Source: Candidatus Iainarchaeum sp.
GTDB taxonomy: Archaea; Iainarchaeota; Iainarchaeia; Iainarchaeales; JAAZKV01
Direction of reading: 5' to 3'
Assembly (NCBI GenBank): GCA_026397015.1
Contig: JAPLVR010000006.1
Location: 64,977-128,976 of the forward strand
DNA length: 64,000 bases
The first letter of the stretch is position 1; every line of letters begins with the position of its first letter. The position numbers and the translations under genes were made by a program. The notes beneath the pieces were generated by a model. The model was not told the DNA's origin, made no database searches, and was given only the letters and a program-made list of their open reading frames with translations. Of this stretch, positions 1 to 9,547 are shown in pieces.

Positions 1-94
1 AGTGTTTTAAAACGACAAACCTGCAATTTTATTAATGAAAACTGCCTTACAATTGATTTTTGTCATGGAGGTTAGATTGATTACAAATTTGTCA

Positions 95-739
95 TCATGT
101 ACAGCCAAGCTCTTCAACAATTGCATTCGTAGAAGGAAGTTTGTAATGCACGACTCCGTTTATTATCAAACTCGGGGATGATTGCACATTATACTTTGCT
201 TCAACCATTTCGGTAAAACTATATTTTTCCATTCTGAAAGGCAACGCAAAAATCCTTACATCCTTGCACCTATTTTTTACTTCCTCAAGCACATTTACAA
301 AAGGATCGCATTCAATCGAACAGTTTTCAAATGGATAAAAATAAATTATCGGCTTCATCGAATAGTTGCAGTCGATTATTGCCTGTTGAACCTTTGCAAA
401 AACAAGCATGTTACCGACAACATAATTTCTTTTCAGCGTTTCATAGTCATCAAAAATAAACGATTGCTTATAACTTGGCAGCACTTTGCCAATATCATAA
501 AGTTGAATATTTATCAGGTCAATATTTTTTGTGAGCAGTTTGCATTTGTTTTCAAGGTTTTCATCCAATTTATAAAACTCATTATAAAGCCTGTCCAACT
601 GGCCCACAAAATAAACATTGTTTATGCGCTGGCTAATCTCACTCTTGGCAACGGTTTCAAACATAAATATTGAGACCGCAACGGAAAATATTATTGCAAT
701 TGCGCATAACAGCGCTATCACATAGATACTCTTACCCAT
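95..739 (-). CDS. membrane-anchored hypothetical protein, possible extracytoplasmic thioredoxin-fold protein
   Basis: 214-aa ORF. N-terminal TM helix IYVIALLCAIAIIFSVAVSIFMF after a short MGKS. C-terminal half has thioredoxin-like element order: IIYFYPFENCSIEC (CxxxC), VRIFALPF, SSPSLIINGVV. Function is inference only. Confidence 0.45.
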   Translation of the reverse strand: MGKSIYVIALLCAIAIIFSVAVSIFMFETVAKSEISQRINNVYFVGQLDRLYNEFYKLDENLENKCKLLTKNIDLINIQLYDIGKVLPSYKQSFIFDDYETLKRNYVVGNMLVFAKVQQAIIDCNYSMKPIIYFYPFENCSIECDPFVNVLEEVKNRCKDVRIFALPFRMEKYSFTEMVEAKYNVQSSPSLIINGVVHYKLPSTNAIVEELGCT

Positions 740-2043
740 CTAGATTCACTGCCAATTAATTCTTTCAAGAGGCTTAGCAAATAAACCAAAGCCAAAATAA
801 AAGGATAAACCAAATAATTAAATAACAATGCAGGCAAATCTGAAATCTTAAAACGATATTTTGCCGCCGAAAGCCCCAGATATGCATAAAGTAAGAGAAC
901 TGCATAGGAAAAGAGACAAAGAAGCAGCATGGATGTTATCATAAATTCGCCAAGGTGAAAATTCAATAAGATGTTTTCAGTAAAAAAAAGATTAACCTCA
1001 AGCATCGCAAATCTGAATAATTCTGAAAAAAACATTACAGAAAGCCTAATGAAGAGGGTTAGTGACATAAGTTCCAGAAAAAAAAGAACGGGTAATCCAA
1101 AAAAACCAAGGTCAAAGTTTGTTTTGTTGAAAAAAAGCCTTTTGTACTTAAACAAGTTGTAAAGCCGCCCCCTGAACCATCTTTCTCTTTGTATAAGTAA
1201 TTTTTTCCAAGTGTTTGGAACATCCGTAAGAGCAACAGCTTCAAAACAGGTTTCAAGTTTATACCCTGATGCATGAAGCCTTAGGGCCATTTCCATATCT
1301 TCGGTAGGGTTGTCAAAATCAAAACCGCCTATTTTTTTTAAAACAACCGTCCTAAATATTATCGTTGCACCAGGAAACCCCACTCTGGCATTTATTTTTG
1401 AAAGAAGCGCTGCCCACAAACCTAACCCGCCGGCGTATTCAAAAAACTGTAATTTTTTTATGAATTTGCTTGTTTCATCTGGAAGGACAAGACAGCTTAC
1501 GGCGCCAACCTTTTTGTCACCCTCAAAATAACCCATCGTTTTAAGGAAGATCTCCTTTTCTGGATATGTGTCCGAATCCACAAACGCGACAAAGTCCGTG
1601 CGTACATATTTTAAGCCTACATTCAAAACGGCGGCCTTTGAGCCCGAATTTTTTGCCAATCGAATCAATTTAATATGTGCGATTTTTTTCAAAACCTCAG
1701 ATGTTCCATCGTCAGAACAGTCATCCACTACAATAATACTAATTTTTCCAGAGTAATTTATTGACTTTAATGAAAAAATACACTTCGCAATAGTTCCTTT
1801 GGAGTTATACGTGGGAACAATAATTGAAATTGGAGGAAAATCTGAAGGTTTCCTTGCACCCCCGACAAAGCCATATTCAATGTAAATCAACAAGAAAAAA
1901 CAAAAAACAAAAAGCCCCAAAAAAGTGGTGACAAAAAGCAAGTAAAAAATATTTGCAAAAAGAGAAAGCACTGCAAAAAAACACATAATTAAAAAAATCA
2001 CAAGAAGCAAAACCCTATCTTCAAGCCCCATTTTTTTTATCAT
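718..2043 (-). CDS. membrane glycosyltransferase family 2, processive synthase-like
   Basis: 441 aa. TM segments flank a GT-A core with IIVPTYN, VVDDCSDDGT, DSD and QRERWFRG (the Q-x-x-R-W motif of processive GT2 synthases). Confidence 0.8.
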   Translation of the reverse strand: MIKKMGLEDRVLLLVIFLIMCFFAVLSLFANIFYLLFVTTFLGLFVFCFFLLIYIEYGFVGGARKPSDFPPISIIVPTYNSKGTIAKCIFSLKSINYSGKISIIVVDDCSDDGTSEVLKKIAHIKLIRLAKNSGSKAAVLNVGLKYVRTDFVAFVDSDTYPEKEIFLKTMGYFEGDKKVGAVSCLVLPDETSKFIKKLQFFEYAGGLGLWAALLSKINARVGFPGATIIFRTVVLKKIGGFDFDNPTEDMEMALRLHASGYKLETCFEAVALTDVPNTWKKLLIQRERWFRGRLYNLFKYKRLFFNKTNFDLGFFGLPVLFFLELMSLTLFIRLSVMFFSELFRFAMLEVNLFFTENILLNFHLGEFMITSMLLLCLFSYAVLLLYAYLGLSAAKYRFKISDLPALLFNYLVYPFILALVYLLSLLKELIGSESRWVRVSM

Positions 2044-2098
2044 TTAAAACCAAACCTCGGAATAAAAACCCGACCGCCAAGGGCCGTGTAAATATCAA

Positions 2099-2827
2099 TT
2101 ATCCAATCTGCCCTATCACATCATTTATCCTGCTGATTATTTTCGCAGCATCCTGATAAATTTGGGACATAATTTTTAGGTTCAGCGTGCCAACGTCCTT
2201 GCTTTTTGCGTAAAAAATTTCCATTTTTCCCTTTGAAAGCACAACTTTATCTTCGCTGCCTTTACCTATCAGGACCTTCATTTTTCCGCTGTCCAAGAGA
2301 ATTTCGGAGCATTTTTCCGCGCTTATTTGCTCGCTTTTGTTGGTGTCGCCCCAATTGGTGTGGCAATAAAGCAACTGCCCCACCGCCGTCGTTGTTGTTG
2401 CTGTCTCTGGTGGCAACTGCTGTTGGGAACCCGCACCAGCATAAACGCGGAGCAACTGAACCGGCTTTTGACCATTTGAAATTAAAACGACCTGCCAGAG
2501 GTTCATTGAATTTGCAACCAGCTGATCAGTTTTCCCTTCTATGAATTCGGGGGAAACATAAACCTCTTTCGCCTCCTTAAATTCTTTAAAAAAATCATTT
2601 GGGGAATATTCATTTGAGTAGTAGCTTACTCCGCCTCTTTGAAACGAAAATTTGTAAGGGTTCAAAAAACCCAGGTAGTTTGCCAAAAAAATGGCAATTG
2701 CGATTAGTGCTATTGCGCCAAAACCAAGAAGCAGATTTTTCTTTGTAAATATTTTTTTGCCGCTTTTCTGCCTTTTACCGGCTGATTTTGCACCCAACTC
2801 TTCGACCTTTTTCCTCAATTTGCGCAT
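2099..2827 (-). CDS. hypothetical membrane-anchored protein
   Basis: 242-aa ORF with a basic N-terminus and one TM helix (LLLGFGAIALIAIAIFLANYL). No recognisable motif. Confidence 0.5.
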   Translation of the reverse strand: MRKLRKKVEELGAKSAGKRQKSGKKIFTKKNLLLGFGAIALIAIAIFLANYLGFLNPYKFSFQRGGVSYYSNEYSPNDFFKEFKEAKEVYVSPEFIEGKTDQLVANSMNLWQVVLISNGQKPVQLLRVYAGAGSQQQLPPETATTTTAVGQLLYCHTNWGDTNKSEQISAEKCSEILLDSGKMKVLIGKGSEDKVVLSKGKMEIFYAKSKDVGTLNLKIMSQIYQDAAKIISRINDVIGQIG

Positions 2828-2904
2828 AGATTATTAGAAATAACAAAGGAATAAAAACAAACCTAATTTCTTTCGGTCGAGAAAATAAAAACAAAACAAT
2901 TGAG

Positions 2905-2941
2905 AAATAAAAAAAAGAAAAAAGGGGGGATTTCTCCCCGC
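2905..2941 (-). terminator. hairpin plus T-run downstream of the S-layer gene
   Basis: Minus strand reads GGGGA-GAAA-TCCCC followed by CCTTTTTTCTTTTTTTT, starting about 20 nt after the stop at 2959. Confidence 0.5.
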
Positions 2942-2958
2942 CTTTTATGAATTTATAT

Positions 2959-5643
2959 TTATATCAGACCTTCAAGTGCTGTTATTAACTGTTGTGCAGC
3001 CGTTCCAGTGTCTTCAGCGCTGTAACCAGCAACTATTATGTCGCCGTTTTCAAGCACGTTTGCTACACTGTCGCCGTTAGCAATAAGCACATCGGCTAAA
3101 GACTGAGTGTCTATCATTACGCTGGCAGCAGCGGTGTTAACCACCTGTCCACCAACTATGATTGACTTAGCGCTTGCGCTCTCAGAATCTGTTTTTACCA
3201 ATTTACCTAATGCCTTGTTGATTACAACTGCAGTTCCCGCAGTTCCGCAGCTTCCGGCTATTGAATCAACCGTTATTGTAGTCCCAGCTGTTGTGGTCTT
3301 TGTTTCGCCTGCAGCTACTGCAGTGAAAGCTTCTCCGCCAACAGATGAAGTTGTTACGTCAGTTGATCCAGCATATGCTTCAACCTTTCTTGCCTGATTA
3401 GGCATGTTGATTGTAGCAACGCCTCCGCTTACAGAAACTTCTGTACCGTAGTTGTTTACACCGCTCAACAGCTTAGTTGAGGCTGCTGTAGTGTATTCGT
3501 TCAGGTTCCAATAACTGGTCCCTGTGATTCCGTACTCTACTTCGTTGTCGAACACAGAAGCTCTTGTCTTGTTGTCCGAAGAATCAACAAGCATGCTGTC
3601 TGATGTTTTTACAAAGAAGTTGATGTCTGTAGTTGTTACACCCTCGCTTCCTTCATTCAAAGCAAAGTTTGCAACGTACTGGTATACATCTCCTTCGCTT
3701 GGAGATCTGAACATTCCACCACTTACGTCGCTGGTGTCGCTAAGAGCATCGCCGTTGTAACTCTTTTCAACAGTTAAAACGTTGTACGTTGTTATGTCCG
3801 GCAAATAGTAGTTCAAATCTGTTGGAACTCCACCATACATGATGACTCCGTTTGACAGATTTTGATCCACTTCTGTTCCTCCGAACATTAACTCAGCACT
3901 TGCCGCAGTTTTTGTATCACCATCGTCGTCCATATCGAATCTCTGAGCAGCCAAGAACAACCAGTATTTGCTGTTTGTTTCGTCTGCACCAAGGTAGTAA
4001 TTAACTTTCCCTGTTGTAGAGTTCTTCCAGTCGCCATCGATAGTGAAACCGATTGCTGCTTCAGCGTTTACATCCTTATCGGTGTATCCAACGTCTGCAG
4101 ATCCTGATGGAGCTGCTGTTGACGTACCCCAAGGGTCCGTTGTAGAGCCTGAAGTTCTTGAAACAGTCCAGTACCTAGCGGCACCTGCAGTTCCAACAGT
4201 CAAGTTCTCTTTGTTTACATCGATTACGAATGGCAAACCAGCGATAGTTATCTCGTTGGTTCCGCTGCCAAGCTCTATTACCAATGGAATAGTCCTCAAA
4301 ATACCTTTACCGTCGGTTACTGTGAGGTTGCTTCCACCGATAGTGGCTTTAGCCATCGGTTTAGTCTGCAATCCTTTGTATGTGAACTTAGCGTAGTCTT
4401 TCATTGTTATTGACTCGCCTGCGCTCAATACCAACTTCTGTGTAGTTGAAGATGACTTTGCCTGATCGTATGACCAGTTGTTCTTTATTTGTATGTAAGT
4501 CACCTTTCCGCCAGCACCAGTAGTTGTTACATATGCTTTCCACTCAGGATTGGTCGTATCTGCCGAGTTGTATGGGAATACCTGGTTGTCTCTTATTTCC
4601 AACCTTGAGTTACCCATTCTTACTGTGGCAGTGTATGTGTTCTTTGACAGGTTCAATCCGGCTGCAGAAACGTATACGCTTGTAGTGAAGTAGCTCGTTC
4701 CGAACTCATCCTTCAAGTCTGTTCCCGCTGCTTTTTGAACATATTTCAAAACACTTCCCGTGTTGCCATCTTTCAATGCCCACTTAGCTTGGTAAGTTGT
4801 GCTTCCAGAACCTACCTGTACCAAGTCCATGAGTTCGATGGTCAAATCTTTGCCCGCGTAGCTTCCTACACCGGGAACTGTAACTGTTTGTCCAACAGTC
4901 AATTCAGTCGGGGTTGTATCCTTGAAGAATACCAAAGTCTTTCCAGTACTTGCTTCTTCATCAAGAACGTATGTTTCCCCCAAAATTGGGATTTTAACGT
5001 CAACTTCCGAGTTTGCATCCAGCTGTGTAGCGTTCATTGCCGGGAATCCGTCTCCAAGGCTAAGGCTGTATATGAAAGCGTCTTTAGAAACGCTTGCAAC
5101 AGCTTGTCCCGGAGATTTTCCGTCAGCAGTGCTCTGCACACTTACGCCAGACGTAACTTGTACGTTGTCGTCGATGTTGATATAGTAGTCAGTTGATGAC
5201 CATCTATATTTCGCACCTGTCTGATTTACAAATTTTGTAGAGTCACTATAGTCTGCCTTGATCGGGTTGAATTCAACACCAGTTGATGCCAAATCCAAAT
5301 AGTTCTCGTCAGTGTTACCTGACCCCGTGGTAGACTGTGTTCCGCCAACCGTGAAGTTGACAGCCTTATCTGCCGCTTCGCCGCCTGCGCAGCTACCAGC
5401 AGTTGTTGCCAATTGGGCAACTCTTGCAGCTATGTTTCCTGCCCACACTACGTCCGAAGCCGCAGCGTTTGCTCCAACTACAATATCTACCACCGGAGCA
5501 CCGGTAGAGTCCACAATGTTAGCCTTTAGTATTGTGCTAACATTTGGTGTTATTGCAGCCGAAAATACAGGAGCCAGAGCTGATCCGACTAAAGCTGCAC
5601 CTATACCGATAGCAGCCAGTCTCTTTATACTGAATCCTTTCAT
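2959..5643 (-). CDS. S-layer / surface glycoprotein-like secreted protein
   Basis: I place the start at MKGFSIKRLAAIGIGAALVGSALAPVFSAA (signal peptide), preceded by AGAGGTGA 8 nt upstream. 894 aa, Thr/Ser/Gly/Asn-rich, no Cys-rich or enzymatic motifs. N-terminal IVVGANAAASDVVWAGNIAARVA and C-terminal IIVGGQVVNTAAA...VAGYSAEDTGTAA resemble archaeal S-layer terminal segments. Confidence 0.7.
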   Translation of the reverse strand: MKGFSIKRLAAIGIGAALVGSALAPVFSAAITPNVSTILKANIVDSTGAPVVDIVVGANAAASDVVWAGNIAARVAQLATTAGSCAGGEAADKAVNFTVGGTQSTTGSGNTDENYLDLASTGVEFNPIKADYSDSTKFVNQTGAKYRWSSTDYYINIDDNVQVTSGVSVQSTADGKSPGQAVASVSKDAFIYSLSLGDGFPAMNATQLDANSEVDVKIPILGETYVLDEEASTGKTLVFFKDTTPTELTVGQTVTVPGVGSYAGKDLTIELMDLVQVGSGSTTYQAKWALKDGNTGSVLKYVQKAAGTDLKDEFGTSYFTTSVYVSAAGLNLSKNTYTATVRMGNSRLEIRDNQVFPYNSADTTNPEWKAYVTTTGAGGKVTYIQIKNNWSYDQAKSSSTTQKLVLSAGESITMKDYAKFTYKGLQTKPMAKATIGGSNLTVTDGKGILRTIPLVIELGSGTNEITIAGLPFVIDVNKENLTVGTAGAARYWTVSRTSGSTTDPWGTSTAAPSGSADVGYTDKDVNAEAAIGFTIDGDWKNSTTGKVNYYLGADETNSKYWLFLAAQRFDMDDDGDTKTAASAELMFGGTEVDQNLSNGVIMYGGVPTDLNYYLPDITTYNVLTVEKSYNGDALSDTSDVSGGMFRSPSEGDVYQYVANFALNEGSEGVTTTDINFFVKTSDSMLVDSSDNKTRASVFDNEVEYGITGTSYWNLNEYTTAASTKLLSGVNNYGTEVSVSGGVATINMPNQARKVEAYAGSTDVTTSSVGGEAFTAVAAGETKTTTAGTTITVDSIAGSCGTAGTAVVINKALGKLVKTDSESASAKSIIVGGQVVNTAAASVMIDTQSLADVLIANGDSVANVLENGDIIVAGYSAEDTGTAAQQLITALEGLI

Positions 5644-5774
5644 TTTTGCTTCACCTCTTTTATTAGAATACAAAGAATAGAACCCGCCTGCTGCCGCCCG
5701 CAAAGAACCAAAATCTTCTAGACTAAGACTTTGAGGCAGCAATTATTGGATTCGTACATAGAAGCATTCCTTCT

Positions 5775-5788
5775 GTTTATATATGTTT
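5775..5788 (-). promoter_or_regulatory. candidate TATA box for the S-layer gene
   Basis: Minus strand AAACATATATAAAC. This implies a 5-prime leader of roughly 110 nt before the ATG at 5643. Confidence 0.25.
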
Positions 5789-5978
5789 CTGTTTGGGAAA
5801 ACCCTTGGGAAAGCTCCGTTTCGAAAACAGGGCAAAATTTACCCTTTTCGTTGAACCCTGCTTCGACAATCGCCAAAATAAACGATTGGTGCAAACGTCA
5901 AAAAATGAACTTTTTCCGGGAGAGAAACAATTCGCCATAATACCGCCAACCGGTTAATGCCTGTGAGGGGGTGGAAGC

Positions 5979-6614
5979 TTACTCATATATTTTTTTGTAG
6001 AACTTGTCAAGGTCTTCCTTGTTTAAGTGCTCCATGAAATACCTTGAATAGCTTTGGAATATTGCCGCTAAATCCATAAGCCCTTCCTGGAATTCATACT
6101 GGGAAAATGCTATCCTATCTGGTTTAAGCACCTCTATAGAACTTGCGCCATAATAGAAGAGCAGCCTTATTACCGAGGAAAAGTTCTTTACCGAGAGATT
6201 TACTTCTATAAAGGAAGAATACATTTCACCATCTTTTGCTGTTTTTGCCCGCTCTATTGAATATACGGTGAACATTTTCTCTTTCTTTATCGCATCTATT
6301 ACCTTGTCCATATGCTTCTTCAGAAGGGTTTTCTCAATCGCCTGAAAATCTATTATAACTCTCAGCCGTATCTTGAATGCATCGGCTTCCGCTATTTTCC
6401 TTCTTTTCAACACCTCGTCAATAATTTCCTGTTTTAGGGAGTACTTTTTGCTTGCACCGTCTTTTGAAATAAGTTTGAGCCTCAACATCTGCGCCAGCAC
6501 CTCGCCGAGCTTCTCCTTTGAAAAACGGAGTTTCTTTTCAAGTTCTGCCTCCGCCAGGGACTCTCTCATCAGCAAATTTGCAACAACCTTTCGTTCTTCC
6601 TGCATAGCGCCCAT
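5979..6614 (-). CDS. hypothetical protein, possible N-terminal winged-helix domain
   Basis: 211-aa ORF. The N-terminal ~60 aa is helix-rich (LEKKLRFSKEKLGEVLAQMLRLKLISKDG). The C-terminal alpha/beta part has no motif I recognise. Confidence 0.5.
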   Translation of the reverse strand: MGAMQEERKVVANLLMRESLAEAELEKKLRFSKEKLGEVLAQMLRLKLISKDGASKKYSLKQEIIDEVLKRRKIAEADAFKIRLRVIIDFQAIEKTLLKKHMDKVIDAIKKEKMFTVYSIERAKTAKDGEMYSSFIEVNLSVKNFSSVIRLLFYYGASSIEVLKPDRIAFSQYEFQEGLMDLAAIFQSYSRYFMEHLNKEDLDKFYKKIYE

Positions 6615-6768
6615 AAAAAATCCTTCAAATTAATTTGATTGAACCCATAATTCCGCGAACTCAATTACTTTCTCCTTGAAAATGTTTAAAAAACACTCAG
6701 AATGCCGCTAAAAAATAATCAACCAAAAAAGCAAGTATTTATTAAAACCTAATTCGCAAATATCTAAT

Positions 6769-7125
6769 ATGCAAATCAATTACATTGAAACCAACATGAT
6801 CCCGTTTTTTCTCGGCTTCGCCGAAAGCATAAAGTGGCCCGATATTGGTGCAATAACACCGGGCGCCACACCGATGGGAAGCCCTTTCGCCGATCCGCTG
6901 ATTCTTTTGGGGGCTGGAATTGTTCTCATAATCGCGACAATACTGGTTCTGCTTTTCATGAAAAAAATAATCGTCAATACTATCCTCGGATTAATTTTGT
7001 GGAGCGTCGTTAATTTCATTTTCAACGCGAACTTGCCGTGGCTTCCGAGCCTGGTTGTTGCGGCAATTTTCGGCCCCGCGGGCGTCGGAGTAATGCTCCT
7101 GCTCAGATTCTTCGGCATTCTTTAA
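6769..7125 (+). CDS. small membrane protein, BofA-like
   Basis: 118 aa. The C-terminal NTILGLILWSVVNFIFNANLPWLPSLVVAAIFGPAGVGVMLLL resembles the BofA pattern (N..G...ip.N..ta.v.g.lG.PGv..L). Confidence 0.45.
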   Translation: MQINYIETNMIPFFLGFAESIKWPDIGAITPGATPMGSPFADPLILLGAGIVLIIATILVLLFMKKIIVNTILGLILWSVVNFIFNANLPWLPSLVVAAIFGPAGVGVMLLLRFFGIL

Positions 7126-7150
7126 CGCAAAAACAAGGGGGTAAAATTTT

Positions 7151-7765
7151 ATGGAACTAAACGAAAGCGAAAAACTGAAGGAAGTAAGAGAAAATTTAAT
7201 CGCGCACGCAAAGAAAAGCGCGCTCTACAAAAATGTTGAAGCCACAAACGGGCATATTGTTTTCGGAAGAGGGAGCGACGAAGCAAAAGTGCTTTTCATA
7301 GGGGAAGCCCCCGGTTTCAGCGAAAACAAAGAAGGAAAACCTTTTGTTGGGAGAAGCGGCAAACTCCTCGGCGGATGGGTAAAAGAGCTCTGCCTTAGCG
7401 AGGCAGATTATGCGGTGATGAATGTCGTGCCGATAATTCCGCTCACAAGCGAAGGGAAAATAAGGGCGCCGACAGAGGACGAAATCAATTACTTCCTCCC
7501 ATTGACAAAAAAAATGATGGAAAAAATAGCACCGAAAATAATTGTTCCGCTCGGGAGAAGCGCCGGAAGCATCTTCAGCAAGTCGCTCGCCCTCGGCGAG
7601 GTTAAGCGCTACGACGGATACAAATTATTTTTCATCTACCACCCGGCGTATTACCTGCGGAACGGCGCCGACGGCATAAATGATTTGCGGAACTTGAAAA
7701 AGCTTCTGAAGGAAATCGAAAACGAAGAGGGCTCAAAGAAACAACTCACTCTCGACAAATTTTAA
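7151..7765 (+). CDS. udg: uracil-DNA glycosylase superfamily protein (family 4-like)
   Basis: Motif [24 protein letters not shown] and motif [14 protein letters not shown]. 204 aa with only one Cys in the whole protein. Confidence 0.75.
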   Translation: MELNESEKLKEVRENLIAHAKKSALYKNVEATNGHIVFGRGSDEAKVLFIGEAPGFSENKEGKPFVGRSGKLLGGWVKELCLSEADYAVMNVVPIIPLTSEGKIRAPTEDEINYFLPLTKKMMEKIAPKIIVPLGRSAGSIFSKSLALGEVKRYDGYKLFFIYHPAYYLRNGADGINDLRNLKKLLKEIENEEGSKKQLTLDKF

Positions 7766-7832
7766 ATCTAAAAAAAGAAAAAATTATTTTAATTACTTTA
7801 GCCCGAACCATTTGCCTAATTGCCTAACTAAT

Positions 7833-8624
7833 TTACCTAACATAAGTAAGCCCGTTCGATGGCTTTTCTTCCTCGTGTATTTCCAGCTGTTTGTTGAGCT
7901 CGGTGAAGGCCTTTTCGATGTTCTTCGTTTCCTTTTCAATCGAGTGCATGTCAAGCCTGAAGCCGAACCTTCTTGACAGGACCTCAATGACACTTTTCGC
8001 GCTTCCGTGGTCGCCGTAAACGAGCTGTACATTCGTCTCGCCCATCAGGCACGCCCCTTCAATTGCGTGCAGCCTCCCTATCCCAACAATCAAACCGGCT
8101 GCGCCCGAAATCAATCCTTCTTTTTTGTCTTCCTTCGCGCCTGCCTTTTTCCAGAGCAGAAGAACCTTGTCATCCGTTGCCGCAACTATTACCTTCGGTT
8201 TGGCGCTAAGCCTTGCGCCGCCGACATTTATTCCCGCAAGGGTTACAATCTCCTTAACGCCGATTGACTTAAAAAAATTCACTAATGTTTCGGCAAACTC
8301 ATAATGTTCGTGGGAAGAGCCGACTTTGAAATCCAGCGCCGGCTGCACAGGCCCGGCGAGAAAAAGAAAATCTTTTTTCTTGTGCTTAAAATGAAATAAT
8401 TCGTTTTTTATGAGAAAAATTTTTGAATTTTTCGTGTGAATGCTCGGCGGAAAAGAATCTGAGAGAATTTCCGCAATCTTCTCGGTCTTAAACTGCTTCA
8501 GCAGGTAATCAACTGCTATTTTTCCAACCAACCCTATGCCGGGCAGGCCGACCAAAAGAACCGCATCCGAAAACGCCGTTTTTTTCAGAACAAGAATTCT
8601 TGTGGGCATAAACAAAACCGCCAT
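7833..8624 (-). CDS. PAC2-family proteasome assembly chaperone-like protein
   Basis: 263 aa. N-terminal LLVGLPGIGLVGKIAVDYL matches the PAC2 family signature. Confidence 0.65.
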   Translation of the reverse strand: MAVLFMPTRILVLKKTAFSDAVLLVGLPGIGLVGKIAVDYLLKQFKTEKIAEILSDSFPPSIHTKNSKIFLIKNELFHFKHKKKDFLFLAGPVQPALDFKVGSSHEHYEFAETLVNFFKSIGVKEIVTLAGINVGGARLSAKPKVIVAATDDKVLLLWKKAGAKEDKKEGLISGAAGLIVGIGRLHAIEGACLMGETNVQLVYGDHGSAKSVIEVLSRRFGFRLDMHSIEKETKNIEKAFTELNKQLEIHEEEKPSNGLTYVR

Positions 8625-8694
8625 AATGGCCGATTACAATTTAACGTGCAGGAAAAGAAATTTAAATGGGCGCATCGCTTTACCCGGCTGAAAA

Positions 8695-9462
8695 TCATTT
8701 CGCCTCTTCCTTCGCAAATTCAAACGAAGCCCCAAGCTTTTTCGCTCTCTTTTCCAGCAAATCAATCGCGCCAGATAATTTTTTTTCAGCCTCTTTGAAA
8801 GCGGGCGCGGTACAGGAAATTGAATACCTGCCTGCGCCGAGGTACGCAACATTGCATTTTTTTATCCCGTCAATTTCGGAAAAAATTTCTTTTATGTCCT
8901 TTAATCCGGTCGAAGAGAGGGAACTCACCTTTGCAACCCCTTTCAGCTCCTTGTCGGCAACAACAATATTTTTCTCGACTATTTCTTTTACCGGGCCAAT
9001 CCATTCCTTCGGAATTATGGCATCAACGTTTGCGCCGAGCGAAATTTTTTCAAACGCGGAATAAACATTCCCAAATTCATCTATTAGCGGAATAGCCACT
9101 TTTTCCCACACGTCATTAAAAGATTTTTTGTGCTGCTTTGCAAGCTCTTCAAGCAGCTTCTCAACCCTTTTGAACTGCCTGTAATCGTTTATCTTCTGTC
9201 GCTCCTTGGATTGCGAAACCATTGCGAGCGACAAATCTACCTGCCCCCTTTCAGCATCAACATTAAGCACTTTTGCAACTCTCACCTGCCCAAGTTTCAC
9301 GAAATTTCTTATGTTTTTTACCCAAGAAGAAGCAACATTGCTTACGTGAACAAATCCTCTCGCATTATTGTATTCAAGGAGCTCGACAAAGACTCCATAA
9401 TTAAGCACCTTCGTTATTTTTGCAACAACGAGCTCGTCCTTTTCAGGGTAATCCATTTTCAC
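8695..9462 (-). CDS. translation initiation factor aIF2 alpha subunit
   Basis: 255 aa. N-terminal S1 domain (ELVVAKITKVLNYGVFVELLEYNNARGFVHVSNVASSWVKNIRNFVKLGQ) followed by helical and alpha/beta domains of typical length. Confidence 0.85.
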   Translation of the reverse strand: MKMDYPEKDELVVAKITKVLNYGVFVELLEYNNARGFVHVSNVASSWVKNIRNFVKLGQVRVAKVLNVDAERGQVDLSLAMVSQSKERQKINDYRQFKRVEKLLEELAKQHKKSFNDVWEKVAIPLIDEFGNVYSAFEKISLGANVDAIIPKEWIGPVKEIVEKNIVVADKELKGVAKVSSLSSTGLKDIKEIFSEIDGIKKCNVAYLGAGRYSISCTAPAFKEAEKKLSGAIDLLEKRAKKLGASFEFAKEEAK

Positions 9463-9547
9463 ACCTTCAAAAAAATAAAAACAATTTTATTTCAAACCTA
9501 ATTCCGACCAAATTTTATCAAACGCCGCTTTTCTCATTTCTCACAAA

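Noticed and set aside
3107-5680. Several plus-strand ORFs (96-153 aa) inside the S-layer gene region, and similar antisense ORFs across most large genes (for example 182-673, 8666-9064, 20837-22444, 27910-28551, 44900-45921, 55236-56000).
   Set aside because: They lie antisense to or out of frame with long ORFs that have clear family motifs, and have low-complexity or odd composition. They are shadow ORFs.
5731-5940. A 69-aa plus-strand ORF in the spacer upstream of the S-layer gene.
   Set aside because: It has no initiation signal and lies in the promoter and leader region of a minus-strand gene. Its composition is not protein-like.
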